From an uncultured Gammaproteobacteria bacterium (GTDB lineage: Bacteria > Pseudomonadota > Gammaproteobacteria > Pseudomonadales > JAHEGP01): 64,000 bases of DNA. Each line of letters begins with the position of its first letter. Positions within the stretch are counted from its first letter, which is position 1. The notes below the pieces were generated by a model. That model had not been told where the DNA came from. It saw nothing but the letters and a program-made list of their open reading frames with translations, and ran no database searches. Location of the stretch: positions 875,741 through 939,740 of the forward strand of contig CAVVVC010000001.1 of assembly GCA_963751595.1 (NCBI GenBank). The letters run 5' to 3'. Positions 44,100 to 53,544 of the stretch are shown here, one piece after another. The position numbers and the translations under genes are program-made.

Positions 44100-44872
44100 T
44101 ATTGTGCAAGCCCAAATCAGAGGTTGAATGCACTAAACATGTGCGATGCAAATCCCGCTTTCAGCGCCGGCCTGCAACAAGTTGCTCGCCCTTTATGGCA
44201 ACGCCTAAAGTTTGCCTCAAGGTCCAAGGGTTTGTGCAGGATACGGGTAATCGTTGCTTGAGTATCGCCGGGGCTTCGGACAGCATCCATCGTGGATTTT
44301 TCCTCCTGACCCATTCCGGACGCTCCCATGAGATATCAAGATGGCGAACGGCTAAAGATTCAGGAAAGCCAACTCGATTAGATCCAGGACGCAGGCTAAT
44401 TCGGCGCTGACGTCTTTGGCGTTACAGCCGACACCCCAATTATTCCCAGGTCTAGCTGGATTGGTCCGGCATCGTTATTGCGGCGGTGTCGTCCTGGTTA
44501 GCTTCACAGTCTGTTGAACCGAATTCAGTGAGGATTGTTCCTTGTGTCGGGATTACGGCCGCAGGTGGGTGGCACGTCGGACGCTTGCATGGCTAGTCCC
44601 ACCCGCCGATATCACCATCCTGGGCGGATATTATCTGGTCTTGTTAAACCGCGAGCCATGGTTGTCAGCTCCACGCCGAGGATGCACTCGGTCCTGGCAA
44701 GGCTTACAATGCAGGGCGCTCTGCAGCATGTGCAATTGACGTGGGCATGGCATCGCACCCGAAAGCGGATGTGCTGAGGTCGTTGCCATAGAACCGATGG
44801 CAAGCAAGCTAGCCATGGGCTGATTATAGATTTGGCTCTGGGCTATGTGTTTCGTGAAATTCTCTGTGGTCA

Positions 44873-46540
44873 GTGGACACCGATCTTGTGACTGAAAAGC
44901 GGTTTGAAAATTTTGAGCTGAAGGGTGATGTCTTTGGTGGTGTCACCACGGCCATTATCTCTTTACCACTGGCGCTTGCTTTTGGGGTGGCCTCGGGTGC
45001 CGGGGCTGAAGCAGGTCTTTGGGGCGCAATTTTGGTGGGCTTTTTTGCCGCGCTTTTTGGCGGCTCAAACACCCTGATTTCAGAACCAACCGGCCCCATG
45101 ACTGTCATCATGACCGCGGTCCTGACCAGCATGATGGCCAAGTATCCCGAAACCGGCCTGGCGATGTCGTTTACGGTGGTAATGATGGCCGGCGCGTTTC
45201 AAGTGTTACTGGGCACGCTCAAACTCGGGAAATACGTGACGTTAATGCCGTACTACGTGGTTTCAGGCTTTATGTCTGGTATTGGCGTTATTCTTATCAT
45301 TCTGCAATTGGCCCCTCTGCTGGGGCATACCGCTCCAGCCGGCGGTGTTCTGGGAGCCCTGTCGGCATTGCCCGACATGCTCGAGAACATAAAATTGAGC
45401 GAGTTGCTCCTGGGCCTGCTCACCCTGGCCGTATTGTTCTTCTTTCCCAAGCAATATCGAAAGTATGTCCCCGCACAATTGGCCGCTCTAGTCGCGGTCA
45501 CGCTGTTATCGCTCTTCCTGTTTGATCCCGGCAGCATACGCCGGATAGGAGAAATCCCTACCGGCTTACCGTCACTGGTCTTACCGCAATTCAACGCCGA
45601 AATGTTTACCACGATGGTGATCGACGCGCTGGTGTTGGGAACCCTGGGTTGTATTGATACGCTGCTCACCGCTGTTATCGGCGACTCGTTGACGCGCAAA
45701 GAACATGATTCAGATAAAGAGCTGCGCGGTCAGGGCCTGGCCAATATGATCGCGGGCTTGTTTGGTGCCCTGCCAGGCGCAGGGGCCACCATGGGCACGG
45801 TAACCAACATCCAGGTAGGCGCTCGCTCACCGGTTTCGGGCCTGGTGCGTGCACTTGTGCTGGCGCTTGTGGTATTGGTTGCAGGCGGCCTGACCGAGCC
45901 TATCCCCATGGCGGTATTGGCGGGTATCGCTGTCTACGTGGGCCTGAATATTCTGGACTGGAGCTTTATTCAGCGCGCACACAAACTCAGTCTTCAGAGC
46001 ATGGCCGTGATGTATGGCGTCATGTTGCTCACCGTTTTCGTTGATCTAATTGTCGCCGTTGGCCTGGGAGTATTCATATCCAATATTCTGGTCATCGAGA
46101 AGCTGAGCCGAGAGCAGGCTCGCCAGGTTAAGGCCATTAGTGATGCCGATGAGGATGATGTGCCGCTAACGGCCAGTGAGCGGGCAATGCTGGATAAGGC
46201 TAACGGCAAGGTGCTGTTTTTCTACCTGTCTGGCCCCATGATTTTCAGTGTGTCGAAGGCGATATCACGCCAGCACTCAAGCATTGCTGATTATCAGGTG
46301 ATGATTCTGGATTTGACCGATGTGCCAATGCTTGATGTGACGGTGGGCCTGGCTTTGGAAAACGCGATCAAAGACGCGCAAGATGTGAATTGTGAGGTTC
46401 TCCTGTTATGCCCGAATGCGCAAACTCGCCAGCAACTGGAGAAGTTCCATATTCTGGACTTAATCTCAAGTGACAATAATTTCGCAACGCGAGATCAGGC
46501 CCTGCAAGTAGCGCTTGCCCATGTCTCAACGGTAGAGTGA
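44873..46540 (+). CDS. SulP-family anion transporter with C-terminal STAS domain
   Basis: 555 aa, GTG start. GGVTTAIISLPLALAFGVASG and multiple TM segments. C-terminal STAS domain (VLFFYLSGPMIFSVSK...ILDLTDVPMLDVT). Confidence 0.85.
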   Translation: MDTDLVTEKRFENFELKGDVFGGVTTAIISLPLALAFGVASGAGAEAGLWGAILVGFFAALFGGSNTLISEPTGPMTVIMTAVLTSMMAKYPETGLAMSFTVVMMAGAFQVLLGTLKLGKYVTLMPYYVVSGFMSGIGVILIILQLAPLLGHTAPAGGVLGALSALPDMLENIKLSELLLGLLTLAVLFFFPKQYRKYVPAQLAALVAVTLLSLFLFDPGSIRRIGEIPTGLPSLVLPQFNAEMFTTMVIDALVLGTLGCIDTLLTAVIGDSLTRKEHDSDKELRGQGLANMIAGLFGALPGAGATMGTVTNIQVGARSPVSGLVRALVLALVVLVAGGLTEPIPMAVLAGIAVYVGLNILDWSFIQRAHKLSLQSMAVMYGVMLLTVFVDLIVAVGLGVFISNILVIEKLSREQARQVKAISDADEDDVPLTASERAMLDKANGKVLFFYLSGPMIFSVSKAISRQHSSIADYQVMILDLTDVPMLDVTVGLALENAIKDAQDVNCEVLLLCPNAQTRQQLEKFHILDLISSDNNFATRDQALQVALAHVSTVE

Positions 46541-46543
46541 TCA

Positions 46544-46879
46544 TTGCTGTTGGTCGGCGGCCGGCATGAGTACCTCGCTACGCACTGGCCCAAGCGATAT
46601 CGCTTACCTTCACATACGATTGATCGAGTGCTTCTGGAGGCTTCACAACACGGGCCTGAAGAAGCGCTCAGGCCAGGCCTTATTGATGAAATGGTCTCCG
46701 ATGCCTGCGACTCCGGGAGGGACCTCATCCGACACCTGGCTTCGCATTCGCTACAGGCTTACCGGGAAGCGAAAAGACAGCTTCGCAGTGGTAGGTTAGA
46801 CGTAACTGCAGCGGAGGTCGCGCATCATGGGGAACTTGTCGCTGCACCGTATACTGCTAGCTTCACTATGCGAAGATGA
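46544..46879 (+). pseudogene. Possible C-terminal remnant of an enoyl-CoA hydratase/isomerase-family gene
   Basis: EEALRPGLIDEMVSD...LASHSLQAYREAKRQLR resembles the crotonase C-terminal helices. No N-terminal catalytic part, and it starts with TTG. Confidence 0.3.
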
Positions 46880-47103
46880 GGAAGGATCAACCACGCTGGT
46901 ATGGGGCCTGACAGGCAAGGGTAGCAGTACGCGCAAACACGGCGTTAATTACGTGTGTTAGTGCTTTTGGGATGCTGCAATTTTGTTCATCGGGCGGCAA
47001 AGTACCTGGCTGGCCAATAGACATCACCCTGAAGCATTAATCGGGAATGATGATAACTTGCAGTCGCCGTACAAGACAGCGGTATCCCTGGGGAGGTAAT
47101 GAG

Positions 47104-47544
47104 ATGAAGGTAACTGCGCGCTGCGACTGCGGTGAGCTTGAACTATTGGTTTCCAGTCCTCCAGTCGTACAACTGGTTTGCCACTGTAGCGATTGCCAGA
47201 CTTTTTCCGGTCAAAAGTTTGTCGAGGCCGCCTTTTTCAGGAAGGAAAGTTGCCAGGTTAAAGGACAAACCAGGTCCGAAACGCTGGATGGCGGAACAGG
47301 AGCTGCCAAAGTCCATCATTCCTGCCAAACCTGTAGCACGCCGTTGTTTGTTAGGGTAGGAGCGCTCAATGGCGCTGTTGCGGTACTGGCAACGAGACTA
47401 GCGCCATTTGAATTCGAAGCAGCGGCACATATCTGGACGAGCCAGAAAGCTGAGGGCGTTACCATAGCTGATGCAATGCTCCAGTCGCCAGGCCGCCCTC
47501 CAGAGGAAATAGTTGAGCGCATGATAAATGGTTTTTGGAAGTAG
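47104..47544 (+). CDS. GFA (glutathione-dependent formaldehyde-activating enzyme/CENP-V) family protein
   Basis: Start at ATG 47104 (GGAGG RBS). Cys pattern CDCGELE...CHCSDCQ...CQTCSTPLF. Confidence 0.7.
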   Translation: MKVTARCDCGELELLVSSPPVVQLVCHCSDCQTFSGQKFVEAAFFRKESCQVKGQTRSETLDGGTGAAKVHHSCQTCSTPLFVRVGALNGAVAVLATRLAPFEFEAAAHIWTSQKAEGVTIADAMLQSPGRPPEEIVERMINGFWK

Positions 47545-47740
47545 TACGGTGCCAGGAGCGCGATTGAAGAAGACTGGATCAACCCAATCAGGAGCGTTAT
47601 TCTGGTCCACCGATTCATGTCAATGCCATTAGCGAACATGTCTATCTTGTTCCCTTCGTCAACTCGGAAAAGGGCGTTTACTGAAAACGGTCATTACCAG
47701 CCCGGCCAGATACTGTGGCCCTGGAAGGAATCGATATATT

Positions 47741-47977
47741 ATGAAGAAACTAAAAAACGAGAAGGAACTGGTAAAGAAGGCGATTACCGCAGGGATGAAA
47801 TATGGCGAAGAAAGAGGCGTGGTTGAATTTGAACCAACGGACTCAGCGACAGAAAAAATTGAATATATCTATCGCCTACTTGTCCACGACAAAATAATTC
47901 AACCCGTACCCCAGGATCAGATATCCCAACTCACCATGAAACATAAGCTCGCCATCTGGGCTTCAAAACTCAAGTAG
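47741..47977 (+). CDS. Hypothetical small protein (AT-rich)
   Basis: 78 aa with GGAAGGA RBS. No recognised domain. Composition is unlike the flanking DNA. Confidence 0.35.
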   Translation: MKKLKNEKELVKKAITAGMKYGEERGVVEFEPTDSATEKIEYIYRLLVHDKIIQPVPQDQISQLTMKHKLAIWASKLK

Positions 47978-48011
47978 TGTGCGGCACTAATCTGGTAGTG
48001 GAGATTGCACA

Positions 48012-48664
48012 ATGGAATATATAGACGGGTTTGTTGCGGCAATTCCCGACGAGAACAAAGATCAATATCCAGGGCACCTCTGATCAATTCGGTACTACCT
48101 CAGCGGAGTCTTTGGTGATGGCTGGCAAGGCGCGGCGCGAAGGTCAATGGTGGTTCTCATTGACGAGTGTCGCAAGCGGATGGCCGCCCCCTTGTCCAGC
48201 GGTCACCAAAGGCCCGCCCTTCGGGGCTTAGCGCCGCGACCCCCTGCGGCATTGTGTTCACTTGAAAGGCACCAACAGTAGGCGCTTTAGGCGACCAGCC
48301 TTCCCGCGTGACCACGCTTTGCAGGAGATCGCGGCGCTAAGCCTGAGGTGACACCGAATTAATCAGAGTTGCCCACGCGAAAAAATCCGCTGTTGTGTTC
48401 AAAAGCCATGGCGCTATAAGGCTGGTTGAATGTTGGGGTGATGATGTGCCAGACGGAGAAGTCACCTCGTTTCCTCTCGCCGTAAAATGCAGGGAGGGTG
48501 AGACGGTGGTCTTTTCCTGGATTGTCTGGCCTTCGAAAGCGGTTCGCGATGCCGGCATGAAGAAGGTGATGAGTGATCCGAGGATGGCCGCGGACAATAA
48601 CCCTATGCCATTTGACGGGAAAAGGTTAATCTTTGGCGGTTTTCAAAAGGTGCTGGAAGAATAG
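48012..48664 (+). pseudogene. DUF1428 (YbaA-like) gene split by a MITE
   Basis: N-terminal part MEYIDGFVAAIPDENKDQYP (48012-48071). C-terminal part ...HAKKSAVVFKSHGAIRLVECWGDDVPDGEVTSF...MPFDGKRLIFGGF (48374-48664). The two parts lie in different frames. Confidence 0.7.
48072..48374. mobile_element. MITE-like non-autonomous element (303 bp)
   Basis: Terminal inverted repeats GGGCACCTCTGATCAATTCGGT / ACCGAATTAATCAGAGTTGCCC match at 20 of 22 positions and extend imperfectly to about 32 bp. Internal 14-bp inverted repeat GCTTAGCGCCGCGA (48226-48239) / TCGCGGCGCTAAGC (48329-48342). No ORF. Confidence 0.7.
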
Positions 48665-49008
48665 TGCATAGCGAGCTGAGGCAATCAGTGGCGAAGATGC
48701 CTGGGCGCTTTTACGTCGGAAAATACGATGCGTCCCGAGGTGATCAAATACAAAGAGAGTCAGCAAACAGGCCCCGGTTTGTGGGAGCTCCTGATAATTG
48801 CAGTAGCTTTGCCAGCGGTTGTATTGCCCTACAGCTGAATCCTGAATCGAGCGGGGTATTCACGCTGGTGGCTGCTGCGTACAATGTTCGTGACCATCGT
48901 TCATGTCGTGTGCATTTGGGTGTTTGCACTCAGTGACTGGCCAACTCATAAATCGAACGCATAAGCCAGTGACGCGACCTTTATAAGGATGTGTTGCGCA
49001 ACACGCCT

Positions 49009-49980
49009 TCAACGTTTACCGGTAATGATATCCAGGCCGTGCAGGGTGGTGTGCAACAGGCGATTCTTTGTTCCCGCGACAAGCCGAACCAGCGCACGGG
49101 GCAGCAGGCTTTTTGCCGGTTCCCAGTGCACCTCGTCCCCAACATTGACCGTGCCGGGTGCTGCCACAGTGGCGTTGATGCCCAGGTGCAGGTTGGTGTG
49201 CCGCTTCAGGGCGCGAATCACCTTGCCGTCTTTTGGTATACCGCCATACTGGGGCTGGCCAGGGGCTGAGCAGCGCACGGTACGGGTGGCACACTTGATC
49301 ACGCAGTTGCCCGCATGCAGGTAGCCATCCACCCAGCCGAAATCGTCAAACTCCGGCGCCGGGTGGGCACTGGCAATCACTATGTTGGGCCGAAACCGCT
49401 GCACGATGAAATCTCCCGCCGGTTCAACGGCGGCCATTGCCGCCAACGCGTTCGTGCTGAGCAGGTGCAGTTGAAACACATCCTGGTAGCGACCCGGCGG
49501 CGTGGCGAAAAAAGACAACTGGGTGGCCAGCGCCATCGGCACCGAAGACAGGTCGGGGAGGGTGCGGGTGCCGAACTGCCGCATCATATCCCGCGCTCCG
49601 CCCAACTCTGCCAACCGGTAGTGGCGCCAGTTCGATGCCGGTTGCAGCGGCCACAGGCTGACCGGTTTGCCCAGGTGCTCTGACAGCAGAGTGGCGCACT
49701 CCGGGTCACTGCTGCTGACCTCACGCCCATCCGGCAGGGTGATGATTACCCGGGGTATCCCGTCACCCCCGGGTGCCGCGGCATACCGGGCGGCGCATTG
49801 CAGCAAGCGTGGATTTTTTCGCACGACCGTGATTTCGCCCCGGGTTTCATCCCGCACTGCCCACTGACGATCACCTGTCACCCCCTGAGCCGTCAAGCCG
49901 GTGCGGGCGATGCTTTCACCCACCATGGATTTAACGGGATAGCGCCACAATTCCTTAACAGCACCTACGGGATCAGTCAT
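49009..49980 (-). CDS. MOSC-domain protein (N-terminal beta-barrel + MOSC)
   Basis: Start chosen at ATG 49980 (MTDPVGAVKELWRYPVKSMVGES). C-terminal CSAPGQPQYGGIPKDGKVIRAL carries the conserved Cys. Confidence 0.75.
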   Translation of the reverse strand: MTDPVGAVKELWRYPVKSMVGESIARTGLTAQGVTGDRQWAVRDETRGEITVVRKNPRLLQCAARYAAAPGGDGIPRVIITLPDGREVSSSDPECATLLSEHLGKPVSLWPLQPASNWRHYRLAELGGARDMMRQFGTRTLPDLSSVPMALATQLSFFATPPGRYQDVFQLHLLSTNALAAMAAVEPAGDFIVQRFRPNIVIASAHPAPEFDDFGWVDGYLHAGNCVIKCATRTVRCSAPGQPQYGGIPKDGKVIRALKRHTNLHLGINATVAAPGTVNVGDEVHWEPAKSLLPRALVRLVAGTKNRLLHTTLHGLDIITGKR

Positions 49981-50348
49981 GGTTTTTTCATTATGCGTTG
50001 GTCTTGTGGCGGGCAGTGTAGCAAAGAGCGCCTGATGGCTGTTACTTCTGATGCAGAACTGCACGGGTGAAAGCAAGCGAAAACCCTGAAAACACCGGGG
50101 TGGCGAGGATGCGAATTTTGAGCTTGGCTGAAAATATGCGTATTATCCGGGAAACAGGGGGCAGACCGCGGCCAGGGGTTTTGTTGGGACGCTCCCGCTC
50201 TTTTAGATTCGCAGAGTGCCGGCACAAAGGACCTGCTGTATACATCAGTGCAAAAGTGTGGCTATTTTGCACCGGCTCGGCGGGCTGTTACGTACTTGCC
50301 CTGCGGAATAATGAAACCGGCATATTGTGAGTGCGTGGCGCAGCAAGC

Positions 50349-50966
50349 ATGGACAGTTCATCTGTAGTCGTCGAATTCACACGGGCTTACCTGGCCATTT
50401 TCTATTCTTGTGTCGCCGCGTTTTATGCCATAAGAATCACGCGAAAGAAGCGCTCGGGCCCGGGCGAGGTAGTTTTTGCGGGGACCAAATTCAGCGCGAC
50501 CTGGTGGAATCACCGGCTTTTCGGAGCCTTCAGAATTACCATCTGGATGGTGTGTCTTGCTCGCTGGTTTTCCCCTGACGTCGATAACTACCTGGGGCTT
50601 TTTACTACCCTCAACACCTGGCCGATCGTTCTTTCAGGTATTGTGCTGCTGACCCTTGGCTTCGGCATGACGCTTGGGGTGCACTTTAGCCTGGGGCAGC
50701 AATGGCGGTCCGGCATCGACCCCCGCGGACCGCAGGCACTGAAAACCGACGGCTGCTACCGACTGTCGCGTAATCCGATGTTTCTTGGAATCGCCATAGC
50801 GCAGGCGGGTTTTTTCCTGGCCTTGCCCTCGGTTTTTTCCGCCGTTTGTCTGCTCGTCGGCTGGTATACCCTGCACAATCAAACGCTGGCGGAAGAAGCC
50901 CATCTGAGGGCGCGATTTACACAGGACTATCAACGCTACACCGAAGCGACCCCCCGCTGGCTGTAA
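50349..50966 (+). CDS. Isoprenylcysteine carboxyl methyltransferase (ICMT)/phospholipid methyltransferase family membrane protein
   Basis: Multiple TM segments. Signature TDGCYRLSRNPMFLGIAIAQAGFFLAL...EEAHLRARF. Alternative GTG start at 50331. Confidence 0.7.
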   Translation: MDSSSVVVEFTRAYLAIFYSCVAAFYAIRITRKKRSGPGEVVFAGTKFSATWWNHRLFGAFRITIWMVCLARWFSPDVDNYLGLFTTLNTWPIVLSGIVLLTLGFGMTLGVHFSLGQQWRSGIDPRGPQALKTDGCYRLSRNPMFLGIAIAQAGFFLALPSVFSAVCLLVGWYTLHNQTLAEEAHLRARFTQDYQRYTEATPRWL

Positions 50967-51039
50967 CTGCAAAAACCTGGACCTGGGGCGGCGCCTTGCC
51001 ACGGGTCGCCCTCGGTTTGGCGATGGGGTACTGATCGGA

Positions 51040-51234
51040 TTTGCGGTCACCTGACCACGTCACATCGTAGACTTTTTCGGCCATGGTGCCGTCGGCCTCG
51101 ATCCAGCCCTTGACGATCTGGATGCGATCGAGGTTGGCGCCCATCGGGTCGCGCAGTGCGTACACAAAGAATGAAGGTGCCTCTTTGCCAGTGGGGACGG
51201 CACTCCCATGGCCACGAATGACAGTTACCTGGCC
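51040..51234 (-). pseudogene. Internal fragment of a DUF3604-family gene
   Basis: FFVYALRDPMGANLDRIQIVKGWIEADGTMAEKVYDVTWSGDRK matches a conserved DUF3604 block. No N-terminal or distal C-terminal parts are present. It abuts the 3' end of the next gene. Confidence 0.4.
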
Positions 51235-51878
51235 AGTTTCAGCCCAGGCATTATTACCGGCACCTCGATGACGCCGTCCTTAACGAAGCCCGAAAGGGTG
51301 CCTAGCTCATCATAGCGGGTGCATTGCGAACCCTCGAAGTGGAAATCGCCGATATAGCTATGGCTGGTTTTGTGGCGAAGATTGGGCGCGTACTCCAGAC
51401 CGAGAAAGTAGCTCACAAGCCCCCTGATGACGCCGGCATGGACGACCAGCAGTAAAGTCTGGTCGGCGTGGGAAAGGGTGAGGCCCTCGACAAATCGAAC
51501 GCTGCGGCGCTGCATCTGGGAAAAACTTTCGCCGTTGGGATAAACGAAATCCGGCTCACGCTTGTGTTCGGGGATGTGCTTTTCGACCCAGGCCTTGGAT
51601 TTTGTCGCGACATCGCCGTAGTTGATTTCCCGCAGCTCCGGGTCAGCGGAAACGGCCGGAATGTCCAGGGTCTTGGCGTAGAACAAACCGGTATTCACCG
51701 CGCGGGTCAGATCGCTGGAATAAACGCGGTCGAATTTGACGCCGTCGGCCTGCAACCGTGACACCACCAGTTCGATATCGGATTCCCAGCCGGTAACGGG
51801 AGGCGATTCAGTCCAGCCAATAATATTGCGGGCCCGGTTGCTCTCGGTCTTGTAATGCCTCACGACGATAGCCCGCAT
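51225..51878 (-). CDS. Histidine phosphatase (phosphoglycerate-mutase-like) family protein
   Basis: 217 aa with the N-terminal catalytic motif VVRHYKTESN (RHG-type) and a later HAGVIRG. Confidence 0.75.
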   Translation of the reverse strand: MRAIVVRHYKTESNRARNIIGWTESPPVTGWESDIELVVSRLQADGVKFDRVYSSDLTRAVNTGLFYAKTLDIPAVSADPELREINYGDVATKSKAWVEKHIPEHKREPDFVYPNGESFSQMQRRSVRFVEGLTLSHADQTLLLVVHAGVIRGLVSYFLGLEYAPNLRHKTSHSYIGDFHFEGSQCTRYDELGTLSGFVKDGVIEVPVIMPGLKLAR

Positions 51879-52333
51879 AATTCCTTCACCGAATCATTGC
51901 CGCGCGCCGGTCTGGCCAGGCAACCTGTTGTCGACCAACAATGTAAACCGGATGCCTTGTCGCTGTCCACCACCCAATATCGCTGCACAGCGTTGCTGCC
52001 GCAACCTATGCGCGCGGCAAGCCACAAACAACTGGTTGCATTTTTTCGCGCTACGCTCAAAAATGGTGCAACAAGAGCAACAGAGGGCAGGACCTGGACG
52101 CCGCCATCACGGGCGGGGAGAGGGTGCCCCCGAGGGCGATCGCTGGATTGCGTTTGCGGTGCTCGTCAATGGGAACAACCATTGATCCCTTCGCACTTTG
52201 ACCCGCCAGCATTACCCGAGGCTTTGCCGAAGCAGTACCGAAGTCACAGCGATACAGGCTGCACCCTGTACCGCGATTTTATCCCCGTGCTGTTTAAGCC
52301 TGGGGCCACCCACTACAGTCGAGTGTTGTTGTC

Positions 52334-53524
52334 GTGTCGAAAACACTGGTGGAGAACACAGCCGAAGAAACCCTGGTACCCTTCCTGCGGGGCATCATGG
52401 TGCATTCCCTGCAGGAGGCCGGCGTAAGCTTCAAGCAGGCCCACAGCATAGCCAGTGATATCCGTTCACAGCTGGGCAGCAAGTCACAAGTCACCACCAG
52501 CGAACTGGAACAACGGGTCATCAAGAAGCTGGCGCGGCTGGACAGGGCAGATCACCTGGAGCGCTATAAAGAACGTTGGCTGCCCCGTCTGATCGAGGTT
52601 GAACACGGCGACGGGCAGATTACCGAGTTCTCGCCGGAGCTGTACCGCAACGAACTCGAGGCCATCGGCCTGAAACCGGGGGAGGCGGTGGAAATAGTCG
52701 CCGCTGTCAGCGAACACCTGGGTAAGCGCCGGGTCAGTCGGGTCAAGTCTAACTACATTGCCCGCTTTACCTACCGCCTGCTGCGCAAATCGAAAACCCT
52801 GGGGCCGGCGGTGGCCCAGCGCTGGTTGGTATGGCGTGACTTCATTAACAGTGGCAGGTCTCTGGTGATACTGCTGGGGGGCTCCCCCGGATCGGGCAAG
52901 AGCACCATCGCGGCGGATATGGCCAGCCGGCTGAATATTGTTCGCACCCAGTCCACGGACATGCTCCGTGAGGTCATGCGCAGCATTATCTCGATCAATG
53001 TGCAGCCGCTGCTGCACCGCTCGTCTTTCTCCGCCTGGACCTTGCTGTCCAATGCCAACAGCAAGGACGAAGCCTACACCGATGCGTTGCTGGTTGAGGG
53101 CTTTACCAAGCAGGCAGCCATCCTTTCCACTGCGATCGAAGCGGTTATCCAGCGGGCCGTGCGCGAGAGCGTTTCACTGATTGTCGAGGGGGTGCATCTT
53201 CACCCGGCAAGCACCTCGGCGTTTACCGCCCTCGACGATGCACTGGTAGTGCCGGTGATGTTGGCGGTGCCCAGCAGCAAGGGGCTGCGTAAGCGCATCA
53301 CCGGGCGCAGTTCGGCGGCGCCCCAACGGAGGGCACAGCACTACCTCGAACATTTCGACTCTATCTGGAAGCTGCAGTCGTATCTGCTCGATGAGGCGGA
53401 TCAGGCCGGCGTGCCCATTATCATCAACGATAGCCGGGAGCACGTATTCCGTGAGGTCATGCTCGCCACCATACAGTTGCTGTCGCAGCAGTTCGAAAAA
53501 ACACCGGACACCGTATTTGCTTGA
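52334..53524 (+). CDS. 2-phosphoglycerate-kinase-like P-loop kinase with N-terminal ATP-cone-like domain
   Basis: 396 aa, GTG start. N-terminus PFLRGIMVHSLQEAGVSFKQAHSIASDIRSQL. Walker A LLGGSPGSGKSTIAADMA. GVHLHP block. Confidence 0.55.
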   Translation: MSKTLVENTAEETLVPFLRGIMVHSLQEAGVSFKQAHSIASDIRSQLGSKSQVTTSELEQRVIKKLARLDRADHLERYKERWLPRLIEVEHGDGQITEFSPELYRNELEAIGLKPGEAVEIVAAVSEHLGKRRVSRVKSNYIARFTYRLLRKSKTLGPAVAQRWLVWRDFINSGRSLVILLGGSPGSGKSTIAADMASRLNIVRTQSTDMLREVMRSIISINVQPLLHRSSFSAWTLLSNANSKDEAYTDALLVEGFTKQAAILSTAIEAVIQRAVRESVSLIVEGVHLHPASTSAFTALDDALVVPVMLAVPSSKGLRKRITGRSSAAPQRRAQHYLEHFDSIWKLQSYLLDEADQAGVPIIINDSREHVFREVMLATIQLLSQQFEKTPDTVFA

Positions 53525-53544
53525 TACCTTCGCCCACCGCGTGA

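Noticed and set aside
44096-44816. Several 60-105-aa ORFs on both strands between the ALDH fragment and the SulP gene
   Set aside because: They overlap one another, lack RBSs and have improbable Cys/Arg-rich sequences. No family was recognised, so the region is reported only as decayed or non-coding.
48664-48936. 90-aa ORF downstream of the DUF1428 remnant
   Set aside because: It has no RBS, unremarkable composition and no recognisable motif. It is likely non-coding spacer in the eroded region.
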